A stretch of DNA of 64,000 nt from Lama glama. Its lineage: Eukaryota. The notes below the pieces were generated by a model that worked only from the letters and a program-made list of their open reading frames with translations, did not search any database and was not told where the DNA came from. Positions 23,989 to 36,540 of this stretch are shown piece by piece (position 1 is the first letter of the stretch; every line of letters begins with the position of its first letter). The translations under genes and the position numbers were made by a program. The stretch is taken from the NCBI GenBank assembly GCA_028534125.1, contig CM052817.1, positions 7,070,001-7,134,000 of the forward strand, written 5' to 3'.

Positions 23989-26900
23989 TTTTTTTTCCAT
24001 TGTGCAAACATTGGCTTTCATTTTTCAAATGAAATAGTGTTGACACTTAGGGCGTAAGGCCAGAACAAGTGGAAGAGATGGATTGCTTCCAGCAGAGAAG
24101 ACAGGATCAGACTCTTGTCCCTTAAGTGTCTCCCCCGCCTCCTCTGTACTCGTCACTCACGCCCTGAGACACCTCCCAAGGAACGCAGAGATGCACAGAG
24201 CACAACAAATAACCTGCTTATGTATCCTTCCTTCAGCTGGGCTTACTTTTCTCTAACTTCTGTCCGCTCATCACAGAATGCCGTCCAGGTTCTATCCTAT
24301 ATTACAGCTGTTTATAACCAAGTCTATCTCTCCCTGTAGAGAAGGGAGAATTCCTGTGTGAGTAGTTTTCATATTCTAACCACACAGAGCAAAACAAACA
24401 AAAATAATACATTATATAAAAGGCCCAACAATATTTGCTTACTAATTAAAGCTAGTGTGAATGAGGAGCAGCCATACTGAAATCAAAATTTCTTCTTGGG
24501 ATCCAATTGTGGAGGGTGCTGTATGTGATATTAACACATCAAAGGTGAATTCTGTAGTCAGCGGAAATGCACTAGAGTGACATAAAATATCTATGCTTTA
24601 GGAAGTTATGAAAAAAATAAAGTCATTAAAAAAGCAAAAGTAATGAAAAAGGAAAGAAGAATAAGATCATTAGTTTAGCATCTTAACTTCTAATCCATAT
24701 ACCAATAGCAGAGGTCATTAGATTAAATAGCCCCAAATCAAAATTACATATGATGTATATTGAATAATACGAAATTCTTTATTCCTCAGTTTATCCGTCT
24801 GTAGTGTAGCAAATAATCATTTTTCTACTACCTAGAGTAGCTCTGAGGTGAGTGTGATAATACGTGTGAAAGCTCTCTATAAATGGGAAAGCACTGTATG
24901 GTGTAAGGCACTATAAACAGCTTAAATATCTTTATTCGTACAAATTCATAAAACACTAACATACATGAAGAGTTAAAATATTTCACAGACATGAAACACA
25001 TTACAGGATCAGTTTCTACAGAGTTCTTCTGTAAAAATGGCATAGGCTATTTTGACAATGCAGACAACAGGCTTAGCTGCTCTCAGAAGTGTACCTTAGA
25101 TCATGGGAGAAAAAAGTCACCTTAAGAAATCAAACTCAACCTATGATATATAAGACTAGCCAAGAGAAGTAAATATACTAATCAATAAAATATATACTAA
25201 CTTGAACGAAAGGGTTTAATAAATCAAAATAAGAAGATTATTTTCAATCAAGGCAGGCAAAGTATATCCCCAGAAAGATACAACTTGACTTTAACTTAAT
25301 GAAAATAAAATGTCCTATTTAATAGATTGAATTGTAACTTATTTGGTACAAGGTCATGTTATTATTGAGGATAAATGCAATTAGACTGCTAGAACTGGGC
25401 TCCACTTTGCCTGGCATGTAGAAGAGGTGGTTTCACTTTAGATGACCTGCCTGGTTTATTGGACAGAAATAACTAAAGGCTATAGAAAGGCAGACACTCA
25501 ACCCATAAGACCTTAAATAAAACGCCTAAAATATACCCTCAATTTACACATCTGTAAAGTTAGGATAAACATTTCTTAATCCATTTCACAGAATTGCTGC
25601 TCTAAATATGCAAAGATACAAATGACTATAAATATTGAATTATCTGAAATTCCTAACTCAATGTACCACATATCAGTGCACTTAGGGACCATTGATTATT
25701 TTTGTTGTTATTGTTATGATTATTATGACTATCATTTTATTCAGCGTATGTCCTATTGTGATCTGCCTTCAACATCTTTTTCCAGTTATTTCAACCTGTG
25801 TATCCAGATGCCGATTAAATGATTCAGGACATACTTGGTGCTTTAGACTCTCAGGAGTTTTTCTTATTATATTTGTCTGATAAAAATATTGCCCCACTTA
25901 TCAAATAGCCAAATTCTGTCCTTAATGTAAGGCTTCAGTCAAATGATAGGTCTTTCATGAAATTAACTGCTCCACCTGGAAATAATTGCTTCCCCCGCTA
26001 GTCTTTTATACACCTTTTCTTGCCACCCTTTCTTGCATGAAGAGGAATTTTGGTGGTATTAAAAGTAACACAGACCTGCCTTTATAACTTGGCTCCACCA
26101 TATGCCAATTACTTGGAAAAGGAAAGAGATAACCTCCTTGCACTTCTATCTTCTTTTCAGTATGAAGGTGACCCAGGTGTCCTCCTCGCTGTTAAATGGC
26201 ATCACAAAAACAAGGTGACTGGAGCATCCTCTAATATTGATTTGGGAACTCCCCCAATAAAAAGGACCAAATACGACCTTGTCATTCATCCGTAGGTGTT
26301 TCCCTATCATATTTGCTAATCGCTCACTTCCTTCTTTTGCCCCAAATGAAGAAACTCATAAAAGTTCTAGTCTACATTGTGTTCTGGGTAGCTCCTACTG
26401 GGGACCAAATTTAGCAAGTGAGTTGAATGGAATCTTAAGTGCCCTCAGTGTGTTACTATATGTAAAATATAATAATAATTTTAGATATAGTCAATATTTA
26501 TTTAGTATTTATGGTATATCAGACATTCTAGTGAGTGCTCAAGTATGTGGCATTGGTCATCAGCAGTCTCATATGGGTACCATTTTTCTCCGTAACTGAT
26601 AGGTAGAATAACTGAGGCTTGGAAGGACTCTTGTTCTTGATCAAGGCCACTCTTGAAATAGATATTTACACAGACATGAGGTCTCATTATGGAGAGCATG
26701 CTTTTGACTACTGTGATATGGAAAATTTACACATTATTTAAAATATCTCTGGCTTTTCCATTTTGAGAAACTGAGGGCATTTTTTTTTTTTGCTTCATTG
26801 TGTACAATCCACTAAATATCTGATTGACCAATGAATAGTCTTTGTTTACCTGCCCCCCAATGTGTGGCACCCAATCTATGAAACAGGCTTCAGTTTCCAA

Positions 26901-27249
26901 TTAGATTGATTTGCCAGTGAAGAGAGGGGTGGGTGGTAAGTGACAACTGGAACTAATCAGTGTCTTTTAAGTTCATAGGGTGTGAACATCTTTAAGAGTC
27001 TAAATGATTAAGGCAAGGGTTAGCTCTTGAAGAACCATTAATATCTCCCTAAAAAAAGTTACCCTTTCTTCCAAAGGCAATTGGAAGAAATTTCAGGATT
27101 TGGTTGTTACTAAAAGTTAATTAGAACTGAACTGTTTGAACATAGTAGAAGTTCCTTAGTCTTTGTTGTGTAGATCGGTAAAAAGGGGGGAAAAACCACC
27201 TATATGGATTAGATCTTCAATCTATGGTTACCTTGCTACGGCAGTGCGC

Positions 27250-27362
27250 TAACATTTATTGGAGAGCTGCTATGCACAGGAGTTGTATGCATATTATCTT
27301 ATTTAATTTCCTCAAAAACCTTGTGAAATAGTAATCATTTCACTGTACGCATAAGGAAACAA
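27250..27362 (-). mobile_element. MIR SINE fragment
   Basis: CTAACATTTATTGGAG...TATTATCTTATTTAATTTCCTCAAAAACCTTGTGAAATAG...ATAAGGAAAC. Confidence 0.7.
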
Positions 27363-28899
27363 TGCCATTTATGGTTGGAGCAACCAACTGTCTGTTCCAC
27401 CATCTTTGATCTACAACTTTCTGAAGACTGAATTGCTTCTTTGAGTCTCTGGGCAATGTGGAAATCACGTAGCTACAAGGCTTGAAAAGCAAAACAAGGT
27501 GGGCATATTTCCTAAAATAGGTTTGACCGTCAGATCAGAGACTCCTCCTTCCCTGGCTGGATACTCTGTTATTTAAGCGACTAATGAAAATATTTTCCGG
27601 TGACTGTGACCTGGTAGATTTTAGTCCCAATTCATTAGATAGCAATAATCTTCTTATTTATCTTAATGTTAACATATTCTCCTGGGGCAGGGGCACCTTG
27701 GAAAGAACATGAATGTTGACTTCATGAATGAAAAGGAATTGCATATGACAAAGGTTCTGTTCTGACTCCATATGCTTGATCCTTAACAGATCTGCTTTAT
27801 TAAGAAAGAGTAATCAATCACACTGACTGTTGATGCGAAAGCATTAGTCTCAGGATGACATTTTTTACGCATTAAGCATCTGGACTATGACAGGGTGAAT
27901 CTTCCAGCAATAATTGCTCCAGCAAAGTAGGTGGGGTAGTTATGCAAAAAGGGCACTGGGCATTGGCCTTCACCCTGGAGTTGCCACGGCCTGTCTGTGG
28001 GGCTTTGAGGGACTTATTCCATCCATTGCTTCTCTCGTCTGCAAAATGGGGAGGGTGGACTTGATGCTCACTGAGGGTCCTTATGACCATGTGCTCAATG
28101 ATTCATGTAGTGATAATTCTAAAGTAATAATTACACTACCACCTAGTCATCATTCACCAGCATATTTACTATCACTGCATCATTTATTAAATCACTCTTT
28201 TAAACCTAGTAGAATGCTGAACACCTGTTTTTATTTGAAAAACAATACCTGGTGTTAAAAATATATAGTCCTGAATATGCCATTTACTTCTTACTGATAT
28301 GCTTCTTTTAGAGAGTTAACTGGGTTTAACCAGGAATGTTAACAGATAGGGAAAGCCACTATTTTGTGAATATTTATACCCTGCATGACTGATAATGCCT
28401 TACTCATAGCAGTCACTCTGCTGTCACTATTAAAAATAGTTTTAGTATAACCAAAACAATTATCTTGAGAAACGTGCTTAATTAGAAAGAAAGAAATAAA
28501 AAGAAAAGCACTTTAACCTTCTCCATTTGGGCTTGGGGAATACTCCAGCTCTTTTCTGCTTTTTAGTTTTAGCCATCCTTTTAGGATTTTTTTAAATCTC
28601 TAATTCCCTTTGGTTTGGGCTCTTTTTCAGTCTCCAACCCACTTTGTATACAAATAAGTCTTAGGCTGGGCACCCTAGCTTTGACCTTGGGCACCCGCAG
28701 TCTAACGGTACTTCTATAAAGGCTTCTGGTTGCAGGTCCCCCACTCACGGGAGACAGCGACTGCCTCCTCCTCCTTCCTGGGTCTCCAGGATCTCACTGA
28801 AATGGGCTCCAGTTCTCTCAAGAAAAATAAAATAGGATAACAAGCTAGAGACTCACAAGGGATGAAGAAGCTGAGGGTGAAGTGTGGAAAACAATCCAT

Positions 28900-29205
28900 T
28901 GTGGTCAGAGAAAGACTCTCTAGGGAGGTGAAATTTGAGCTAAGACCTCAATGATGAGAAAGATTCATTCTTAGAAAAATCTGTGGCAAAAGACTACAAA
29001 CAGGGGGAGAAGTGAGGACCTAGGTTCTGAGAAAGGCATGTGCTTGGGACATATGAGAAATAGAAAGAAAGCCAATATGGTAAACATAGCAAGGAAGGGG
29101 AGCATGACTTAAAGCCAACCGAAAGATGTAGGCAAAGGCCAGCCCACAGAGGGCTTCAAAGGACCTAGAAAGTCTTTAGGTTTTATTATAATTGTAACAG
29201 GAAGT
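28900..29205 (-). mobile_element. L2 LINE fragment
   Basis: GTGGTCAGAGAAAGACTCTC...GGAGGTGAAATTTGAGCTAAGACCT...AGAAATAGAAAGAAAGCCAATATGG...TTTAGGTTTTATT. Confidence 0.75.
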
Positions 29206-29913
29206 CAGGCAATAATGAATCTTAAGATAGAGGCCAAGAATTGAGGGCTTCCAGTGACTTTGTTTTAACTACTTTATTGGGGTCATAGGACATGGCTAAT
29301 TGACAGTTCATCCTGCTATAGAATAAATTAATATTCAAGAATAAATTCAATTTATTGCTTTCCATCGAAATAGTGAGGACTGCTACTTGTATACCTTGTA
29401 AAGATATGACATTTGACTCCATGGACTGTTTCTTCCTCCTCACCTGTGAGCGCGAGAATCAAAGTACAGGGCAAGCTCTAGCGAGACCTTGGAAGTTATG
29501 CCAGCAATATTGTCTCTTCATCCCTTGGCACATGGATACTCTGGTTATGAGTTTTAAGGTCATGAACATAGAAGATATGTGCCCATATACGTCCAGCTTA
29601 AACTGTGGAACAAATATGACCTTGACCAGAAGGTTAACAAGTAGTCATGCTCAGACAGGAATGTGTGGGCATCAGGGAATGTTCCAGCAACAAGTGTCTT
29701 TGAGACAGAATCTCAAATGGTGCCAAAGACAATATGCATTTTTCCCCATGTCAAACTCTCCTATTTTCTCTACTTAAAACTCCCAGAGTATTGACTAGGT
29801 TTCCATGATCATAGTTTTGGTTAGCCACATGCCTAAACAGACCCACTTAAATTACCTTCCCTAGTTGGATATTTCTTATACTGGTCCTTAGTCTTAGTTC
29901 ATGAGATGCTGTT

Positions 29914-30404
29914 TGTGGTCAACTAAATCATAAACCCTAGAAAGAGCCTCATTCTAACCCCTAGATTGTGTGAATATCTCACTTTACACAACAAAAATGC
30001 CTTTGCAGGTGTGATTGAATTAAGGATCTTGAGATGTGGAGATTAGCCATGTGGGTTCAGTGTAGTCACAAGGTTACTAAGAGGGAGATGGAGAGGTCAG
30101 AGGAGATGTGACAATACAGAGTCAGTGAATCAGAGAGAGATTTGAAGGTACTACACTCATGGCTTTGAAGATGGAGGAAGACATTGCAGGCTGAAGAACA
30201 AGGTGGCCTCTAGAACATAGGAAAATAAGGGACTGAATTCTTCTCTAAAGTCTCTGAAAGGAACTAGCTTGGATGACACTTCAACTTTAGCCTAGTGAGA
30301 TTGATTTTGATTTTCTGACCCCGGGAATTGTAAGATAATATGTTTGTCATCTAATCTGTCAAGTTTGTGTTAATTCACTGCAGAAGCAATAGTAAATTTA
30401 GACA
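29914..30404 (+). mobile_element. MLT1D-type MaLR solo LTR, near complete
   Basis: TG...CA termini; CTTTGCAGGTGTGATT..ATTAAGGATCTTGAGATG, GGCTTTGAAGATGGAGGAAG, GTGGCCTCTAGAA, TTCTGACC...GAATTGTAAGATAA. Confidence 0.88.
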
Positions 30405-32789
30405 TTGTCATTCCTCTCCCATTCAGCCCTTTTACTTCCGTCCTCTCTATGTGCTTTTGGGATCACTTATTTGGCAGCTGATTTTACACCACAATAGTAT
30501 CACATCACTTTTATTTTGTATTTATTTTATTATGTTTTATAACCAGTTTTAGTGTATTAATAGCCTTTTTTTCCAGGCTAGTTTATCACAGCCTAAGGGA
30601 TGAGGGGCTGGCAAGGGGCAGGGGGACCCACTGGTCCTGTGCTCTACAGGAGATTGTTCCAGAAGCAATGTTGGGAGGAACTAAGACTAAATCTCAGAAC
30701 CGTGGGTACATAAAGCTGAGTCTTACTAGTAGATGCAAATTGTGGACTGATGGCTAAAGAATCAATTATTCTTCCCGAGGCCAACTCATTAACAGGAGAT
30801 AGGATGCCAGAAATGAGTTGAGTTTCAAGGAAATCAATGGAGAGACAGAGGGAGCTCCCAGGAATGTGGGCAAGGAAGTGGGGTAGCGATAGTAGCCTAG
30901 AGAGGAGAAAGACACAAGGCAAAAAGCTGAGAATCAGGCAGCAAAAGAAAATGCAAAGTAGAGGAATAATGACAAGAGAAGTAGTCTCTTTGTGATAAAG
31001 TCCATTGGTAAAGAGATACTTAGCAAATCTGTCCTTTTTGCATATATTCAAAACCTTCAGGGAGACGAGGACTCTTAACAGCATATGGGACAGTATTTGG
31101 CCTCTCAAAACCCAAGTTGATTTTACTATTTTCCTGCTATCTTACTGTTGTAACTTTATATACACAGCTACTGGCTGGATCAAATTGAATGCACTTTCTT
31201 CTCTTTTGCATTCAATAAAGTTTGGCGTTAATACTGTTGAGTCACAGTGAATAATCCTAGTATTAGCCAAATGCCTGGTTATGGCAGTAGCAAGCCATGC
31301 ATGGAGCTGCTGACCGCCCAAACGAAAATGAGCTATTAGCCTAAAGGTATAGCTGACATAGGTTAAGCCACAGCTAGAATAATTTAGTGTCTGAACCATA
31401 ATATTTAGATCAAAGAGTGGAATTTTCCAATTCCATCCAATTTTAGTGGAAATGTATGGGTCTGCGGTCAATACCAATTAAAAATAAACATCCTAAATAA
31501 CTTAATCTCTTTCTCAATGGGTTGGACATTCATTTCACTGAATTGTTAGTGCTACCAATTCAATTAAGTGAAGGAAAAGAAAGAACTATGCATTGCAATA
31601 AACTTTAGTATTTGCAACAGCTTAATAAAATGAACATAACCTCAAAAGTGTTCTCCCTTCCAGTGTGCAAGTTTTAATTACTCCATTTTGTATTAAAAGA
31701 ACTTGTTAAAAATGTCTAATTGCCACTTCCAACTGAATGATGTCCTAAGATTGCTGGGATTTGCCTCTCTTTAAAGCAGTTTGGGATTGTATTTATAGAT
31801 CTTACAGGAAAGGACTGCAGAAGATTAAAAGTGACAATTAGTTCTGAATGCCTAGACGTCAGGAGAGGAGCAGAACTCTTGGGGGTGGGGACAGAGGCAG
31901 ACAGTGGGCAGTTGGTTAGGTAGACACTGTAGCTCAGGAGACACTGGGTCAGTGTCCCATAAATAATGTATCTTCTTTTATCTTAAAAAAAATCAGGTTT
32001 AATTAGCTAAGAGAGATGGAAATCACTCTGATATATATAAGCAAGCAAGGGTAGGATGAGGTGCTTTTATAACTCTGTTTTCTTTTTTATGCTTTTATTT
32101 CAATTTTTTTACTTACTGAAAAGTAGGACAACGGTAAATAAAAATAAATCACTCACAATCCCACGACTCTAATATACCAATATAATTATGCTTTCTTATT
32201 ATAAGAGTACTTGATCACTGCTGGCAATTCAGAAAAGTTGAAACCAAAAAGAGGTAAAGAATAAATTAATTAACTATACAAAGAATAAAACCTATTTCAG
32301 GAAGATATTTAAGACTTGGAACTGCTTTCAGATTTTTTTTTTTTCAATGGCCTTCATGAACACTGCAGCATTGACTGAGACAGCCACTACCCCAAGAGAT
32401 GCTGGGTGCCAGTATAGTTTGGAGCAAAGGCTAAGAGAATACCTATTACTTCCGAGGGTGGGTTCAGCAAACCAAGCGGCAGTGGTCTTCAGGCAGCACC
32501 ACTCTGAATTCTGAGAATCCATCCATGCCTCTAGTGATGGAGAGAGCCAGGCTTCTTCAGAGACAGATTAATTATGCAAGAAAAATGCCCAAATTCTTAC
32601 GGAACTGCCCAAGCATACTGAGTTTACTTACCAACTAGAGACACTAAAGTTTAAAATGTTTCCAGGGCTGCTCCAGGTCTTTGCTCAAAATCTGCAACCC
32701 CTACCTTTAGCAGGAGTTAGCATTAATCTTTAAGTTATAGCATCCAGAGATAAGAAAGGAAGTTAGAAAGAAACCATAACAACAACAAA

Positions 32790-33065
32790 AACCAGATGGA
32801 ACCAGCTGGAACCAAGATGGCGACAAATCTGACCTCCAGCAGACCCTGACTCTCATTATGCATGGATCTCACCACATTAGAATATCAATGAAACAGCCAG
32901 GACTGGACACTAAGGACCAAAAAGGATAAAAAGGGGTGGAATTCCACTCTCTCACCAAAGCCCTGCCCCTTCCCCGGTGGACTGATGCATCCGGCTCCCC
33001 ATTTTGGCCTTACTCCTCCTCCCTTTATCTTTATCGTTTAAAATAAAATCTCTCCTGAGGAAGGG
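32790..33065 (+). mobile_element. Partial MER41-like ERV1 LTR
   Basis: AACCAGCTGGAACCAAGATGGCGAC...TGACCTC...CTCATTAT...AAAAAGGGGTGG...CCCTGCCCCTTCCCC, collinear with the minus strand of 14444-15077. Termini not resolved. Confidence 0.65.
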
Positions 33066-33224
33066 CGCCTTGGGCCAGCTCTGGCCTTGCAGGGTCCATA
33101 CAACTTAATTCAGTAGCAAAACCCAGGACACAGCGTAGCTGTTATGCTGAACAAATTCTAAAATGGAGGCGTAGGTACTGAAGGAGCCTGGGCTTCAGGA
33201 TTGGCCTGGGCGGGTATGAGCAGG

Positions 33225-33385
33225 TGCTCATGGTTTGTCTCTTTCTCCGCTTTACAGGTAAACACCATGAGGGCAGAGGCTTTGTCTGTTTAGTTTACCG
33301 CAGTATCCCCAATGATTAAAGCAACGTCTGGAAAGCAGTAGCTGCTTTTCAACAAGTATTTGTTTAATTAATTAATTAGTTTGGC
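33225..33385 (+). mobile_element. L2 3' end
   Basis: CCATGAGGGCAGAGGCTTTGTCTGTTTAGTTTACCGCAGTATCCCCA...TCAACAAGTATTTGTTTAAT. Confidence 0.8.
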
Positions 33386-33934
33386 CAGTGAATGTAAGCA
33401 TGTCACCTCCCTAGATACCCAGCAAAGCTGTGAGAGGCTAAGGAGAGCCGAGCGTCAGGGTGAGGCAACAGGGCAAGTACAAGAGATGGAATGAGACGGC
33501 CTGGCTTCCCAGACCCATTGTTCAACACGTGCACCTCGGGGACATGTTCGCTAATTTCTCTCCAGCTCTGCTTTCTCATTCATAAAACAAAGGGATCTGA
33601 CTCCAGCCAGGCGGCGCTAATTCTGTGCCTGGTGCCATCGCTGATGCCCTGTGGGTCGTGAGACGTTTTACTTAACCTTTGTGTCCTCATGGTCCAGTCT
33701 CCGTCTGTATAAACTGTGGACACTGATCGTATGCCCAGCAGAGGGTGGCTGTGAATTGGTAAACATGCATAATCTATTGCATAAAGGCACTGAGCCCATC
33801 TCCTTCTTAATTTTCCTGGAAATGCTATTTATAATTAACTATATTTTTGACAAAAAAAAACTTTATGCAGATAGAATCCTGTAGAACCCTGTACCCATGT
33901 TTTAAGCTCCCCTTTTTTGCTTTGTTATTTTATT

Positions 33935-34072
33935 GTTGGTTTCTAAAGGGAACAGAAGTTTCCATGTAGACAGGAGGCGTGTCTTTCCCCCACATTACTT
34001 TACCCTCCATTACCAGCACGATGCCTAGCATACAGGAGGCACTTAATAGATATTTCCTGATGAATTAATAAA
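33935..34072 (+). mobile_element. L2 3' end
   Basis: CCAGCACGATGCCTAGCATACAGGAGGCACTTAATAGATATTT. Confidence 0.75.
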
Positions 34073-34397
34073 ATGGTGATAGTGGTTCTGAAAAGATTTT
34101 TTAAATGAAGCCCTGTAATTATAGAAGTTGTTTTATTGTCATTTCTGGGACCGCTTAGTGTTTGGAGTCTTCTAAACTAATAGAAGTTTTTTTTTCCATT
34201 CACCGTTTTCTTAGCTGTGGGATAGTAATAAATACATCCCTTGATGTTTGCAAGAAATCTTAAAAAAAAAAAGGGAAAGTAATGTCTTTACATGACATAT
34301 AATAAATAATATGTAGTTTTAACCTTAATATATGGGATCAACCTAAAACAAACAGGCAGACAATAACACAGATAATGAGGAGGTACCACGGTGCAGT

Positions 34398-35125
34398 TTA
34401 TTGTTTATTCAAGTATCCAACAGATATTTAAGGATGCACGCTATTCCCCGGGTCCCAGCTACATAGATGAAATGATATTCTCCAAAGTTTTAAAGAAATC
34501 AGAAAGTAATGCAATGGGGGGCATAAACAATTCCACTATAAGATAAATGATGTTACAGAGATGGGCGGAAAAAAAGGAGAACACATTTTACTTTGTTTTA
34601 ATAGATGTTCAGATAAGTTTCCTGCAGGAAGCGACGCATCTTAAGTACTAAGATTAAAAAAAAAAAAGGAATATGAAATTTCTAGGTGTCAAAATGGGGT
34701 CAGATATCCCAGCCAGAGTAATCAGCATCAGCAAAAATTACAAATGTGTGAAACCGTGGCCTGAGTGAGGACCCACTCATGGTTCAAGGTCATTGTCGTG
34801 CCAATAAGGAGGTGAGGATGTAGAAGGTGAGTCATATCTAGTCAGTAATAGAGAAAAAAAATTCTGAAGTGTTTTTGGCTAAAGAGAACTGTGTTTGCCT
34901 GTGAGAAAAGTAAGTATGGTGTGTGTGTGAAGGATTAATTTATTTTGATTTGTAGATAGTTGATGGTAGAGGCAAGAGAACTGATAAAGAAGATGTTGTG
35001 GAAGATGAGATATTTCAGGAGCTATAAATCTAAGCAAGGTGATGGCAGTGGAGATGGAGAAGAGAGAATACAGTGAGCAGAACTGAGGACACTTGGTAAC
35101 TGGTTGAATACAGGGAACAGAGCTT
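34398..35125 (-). mobile_element. L2 LINE fragments
   Basis: TCCAACAGATATTTAAG...; GGTGATGGCAGTGGAGATGGAGAAGAG...AGGACACTTGGTAACTGGTTGAATA. Confidence 0.7.
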
Positions 35126-35216
35126 GGAAGATCTTTCTGTGCTGTAAGTAAGATCATTTTGGGAAAAGACAATGTGGATCTTTGCAAGGGACTGACTTCA
35201 ACATGACTGTACACGC

Positions 35217-35373
35217 CACTGATCTCATCCTAGGGACTCCACCCTCCTGATCTCATCTAAACCTAATTACCTCCCAAAGACCCTACCTCCAAATACCACC
35301 ATCACCTTGTAGGAGGCGGGGTTAAGCTTCAATATGTGAACTTCAGGAGCACACAGACATTCAGTCCATAACA
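35217..35373 (-). mobile_element. MLT1A-like LTR fragment
   Basis: CTCCACCCTCCTGATCTCATCTAAACCTAATTACCTCCCAAAGACCCTACCTCCAAATACCA...GACATTCAGTCCATAACA. Confidence 0.85.
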
Positions 35374-35439
35374 ATGACTTACTATCACCAATACATATAA
35401 AATTTTGTTTGTTTGGTTTGTTTGTTCTTTAAGTTCCCA

Positions 35440-35863
35440 TGCCCTTTGGGAAAATTCTGCGTGTAGATTTGGTGCAAAACAACTACTGATGGCATCTCTT
35501 CATTAGTGCCTCTCATTATGGAAGCCCAGGAATGAGGTCTTCTTTCTACCCAGTCATAATCACAGCTAATTATTTGGATTGTGAGTTTTGACAAAAGTAT
35601 TAAGGGGGCGGGGCAGTGGTCAGGAGGTGAGACTCGCTCAAGTGCCTGTAGCAATGTTGGTGCAGCCCAGATTGCTCTGGCGATATGGCCTTGGCTGTGG
35701 TATTTGCTCCTCCACATGGAGACACCTTGATTATTGTCCACATTCTCTAAATCTTATTCTCCAGTCTCCCAACAGTTTCGTGATTTCCCATTTCTTTCCA
35801 GTAAATCCTCTTCCTACTTAAGATAACCTAAGTTGATTTCTCACAACCAAATCCCTAACATAT
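35440..35863 (+). mobile_element. LTR33-like ERVL LTR remnant
   Basis: 3' end TTCCAGTAAATCCTCTTCCTACTTAAGATAACCTAAGTTGATTTCT..CAACCAAATCCCTAAC resembles the LTR33/LTR16 U5 region. Confidence 0.5.
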
Positions 35864-36108
35864 CCAGTCCAACAGGTCTTTTCTGAGATTTTCCACAGCA
35901 GCTGTGATCGTATCTAACGTGCGTTCTAAACTAGGAATTAAAATTGTGAACCTTAAGTTATTAAGATACCACTTCTTGCCTCAACTTTGGAAGAGGTGGT
36001 AGACATCCCCTTTGACCCTCTGTAGAATTATCCTGAGGTTTTATACACCCTTCACGAATAGGCCCCAAGAATAGAGGTCAAAGTTCTGGTTGCACTTAAA
36101 CTTTTGCT

Positions 36109-36116
36109 TATATGCA

Positions 36117-36152
<36 letters not shown>

Positions 36153-36182
36153 CGCACATGCATGTGTACATGTACGTATGTG
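36109..36182. repeat. (TG)n microsatellite within a 74-bp perfect alternating purine-pyrimidine tract
   Basis: TATATGCA(TG)14CGCGCGTGCGCACATGCATGTGTACATGTACGTATGTG. Confidence 0.95.
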
Positions 36183-36344
36183 ATTTGTTTGTGCATGTGG
36201 TGATAAGGTGCTTCTGGGCAATATTTAGCGACTCCAGCTCAGCTGTCAGCAAAGTCTGAGGCTGAAGGAGAGCATCTGAGAGTGAGCACATCTGGACTTA
36301 GCTTTCTTCACGTACAATGTAATTATCTCCCTTGCTGTTCCTTT

Positions 36345-36540
36345 TCCACGTGCCAGGCACAGGACTGGATATTCTGTTGGTGTCCTCTGTATTCTCTTAT
36401 TTAACTATCATAACTATAAGGAGTTATTAACTTGACATTTTCTAGATGAGTAAACTGAGGCTTGAAGTGGTTATTCTTTTCCCCTAATCAAATACAAAGC
36501 AAGAATTCAGTTCAGCTCTAACTCTAAAGTGTATGTTCTT
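36345..36540 (-). mobile_element. MIR SINE
   Basis: CACGTGCCAGGCAC...TCTTATTTAAC...CATTTTCTAGATGAGTAAACTGAGGCTT. Confidence 0.8.

Noticed and set aside
30644..31477. ORFs of 154 and 111 aa on the minus strand
   Set aside because: No recognisable homology or exon structure; expected by chance.
31990..32780. Possible ancient LTR remnant
   Set aside because: Could not assign a family or boundaries.
33935..34450. Opposed L2 tails as a possible L2-derived miRNA hairpin (miR-28/151 style)
   Set aside because: The tails are ~330 bp apart and too diverged to form a pre-miRNA-sized stem.
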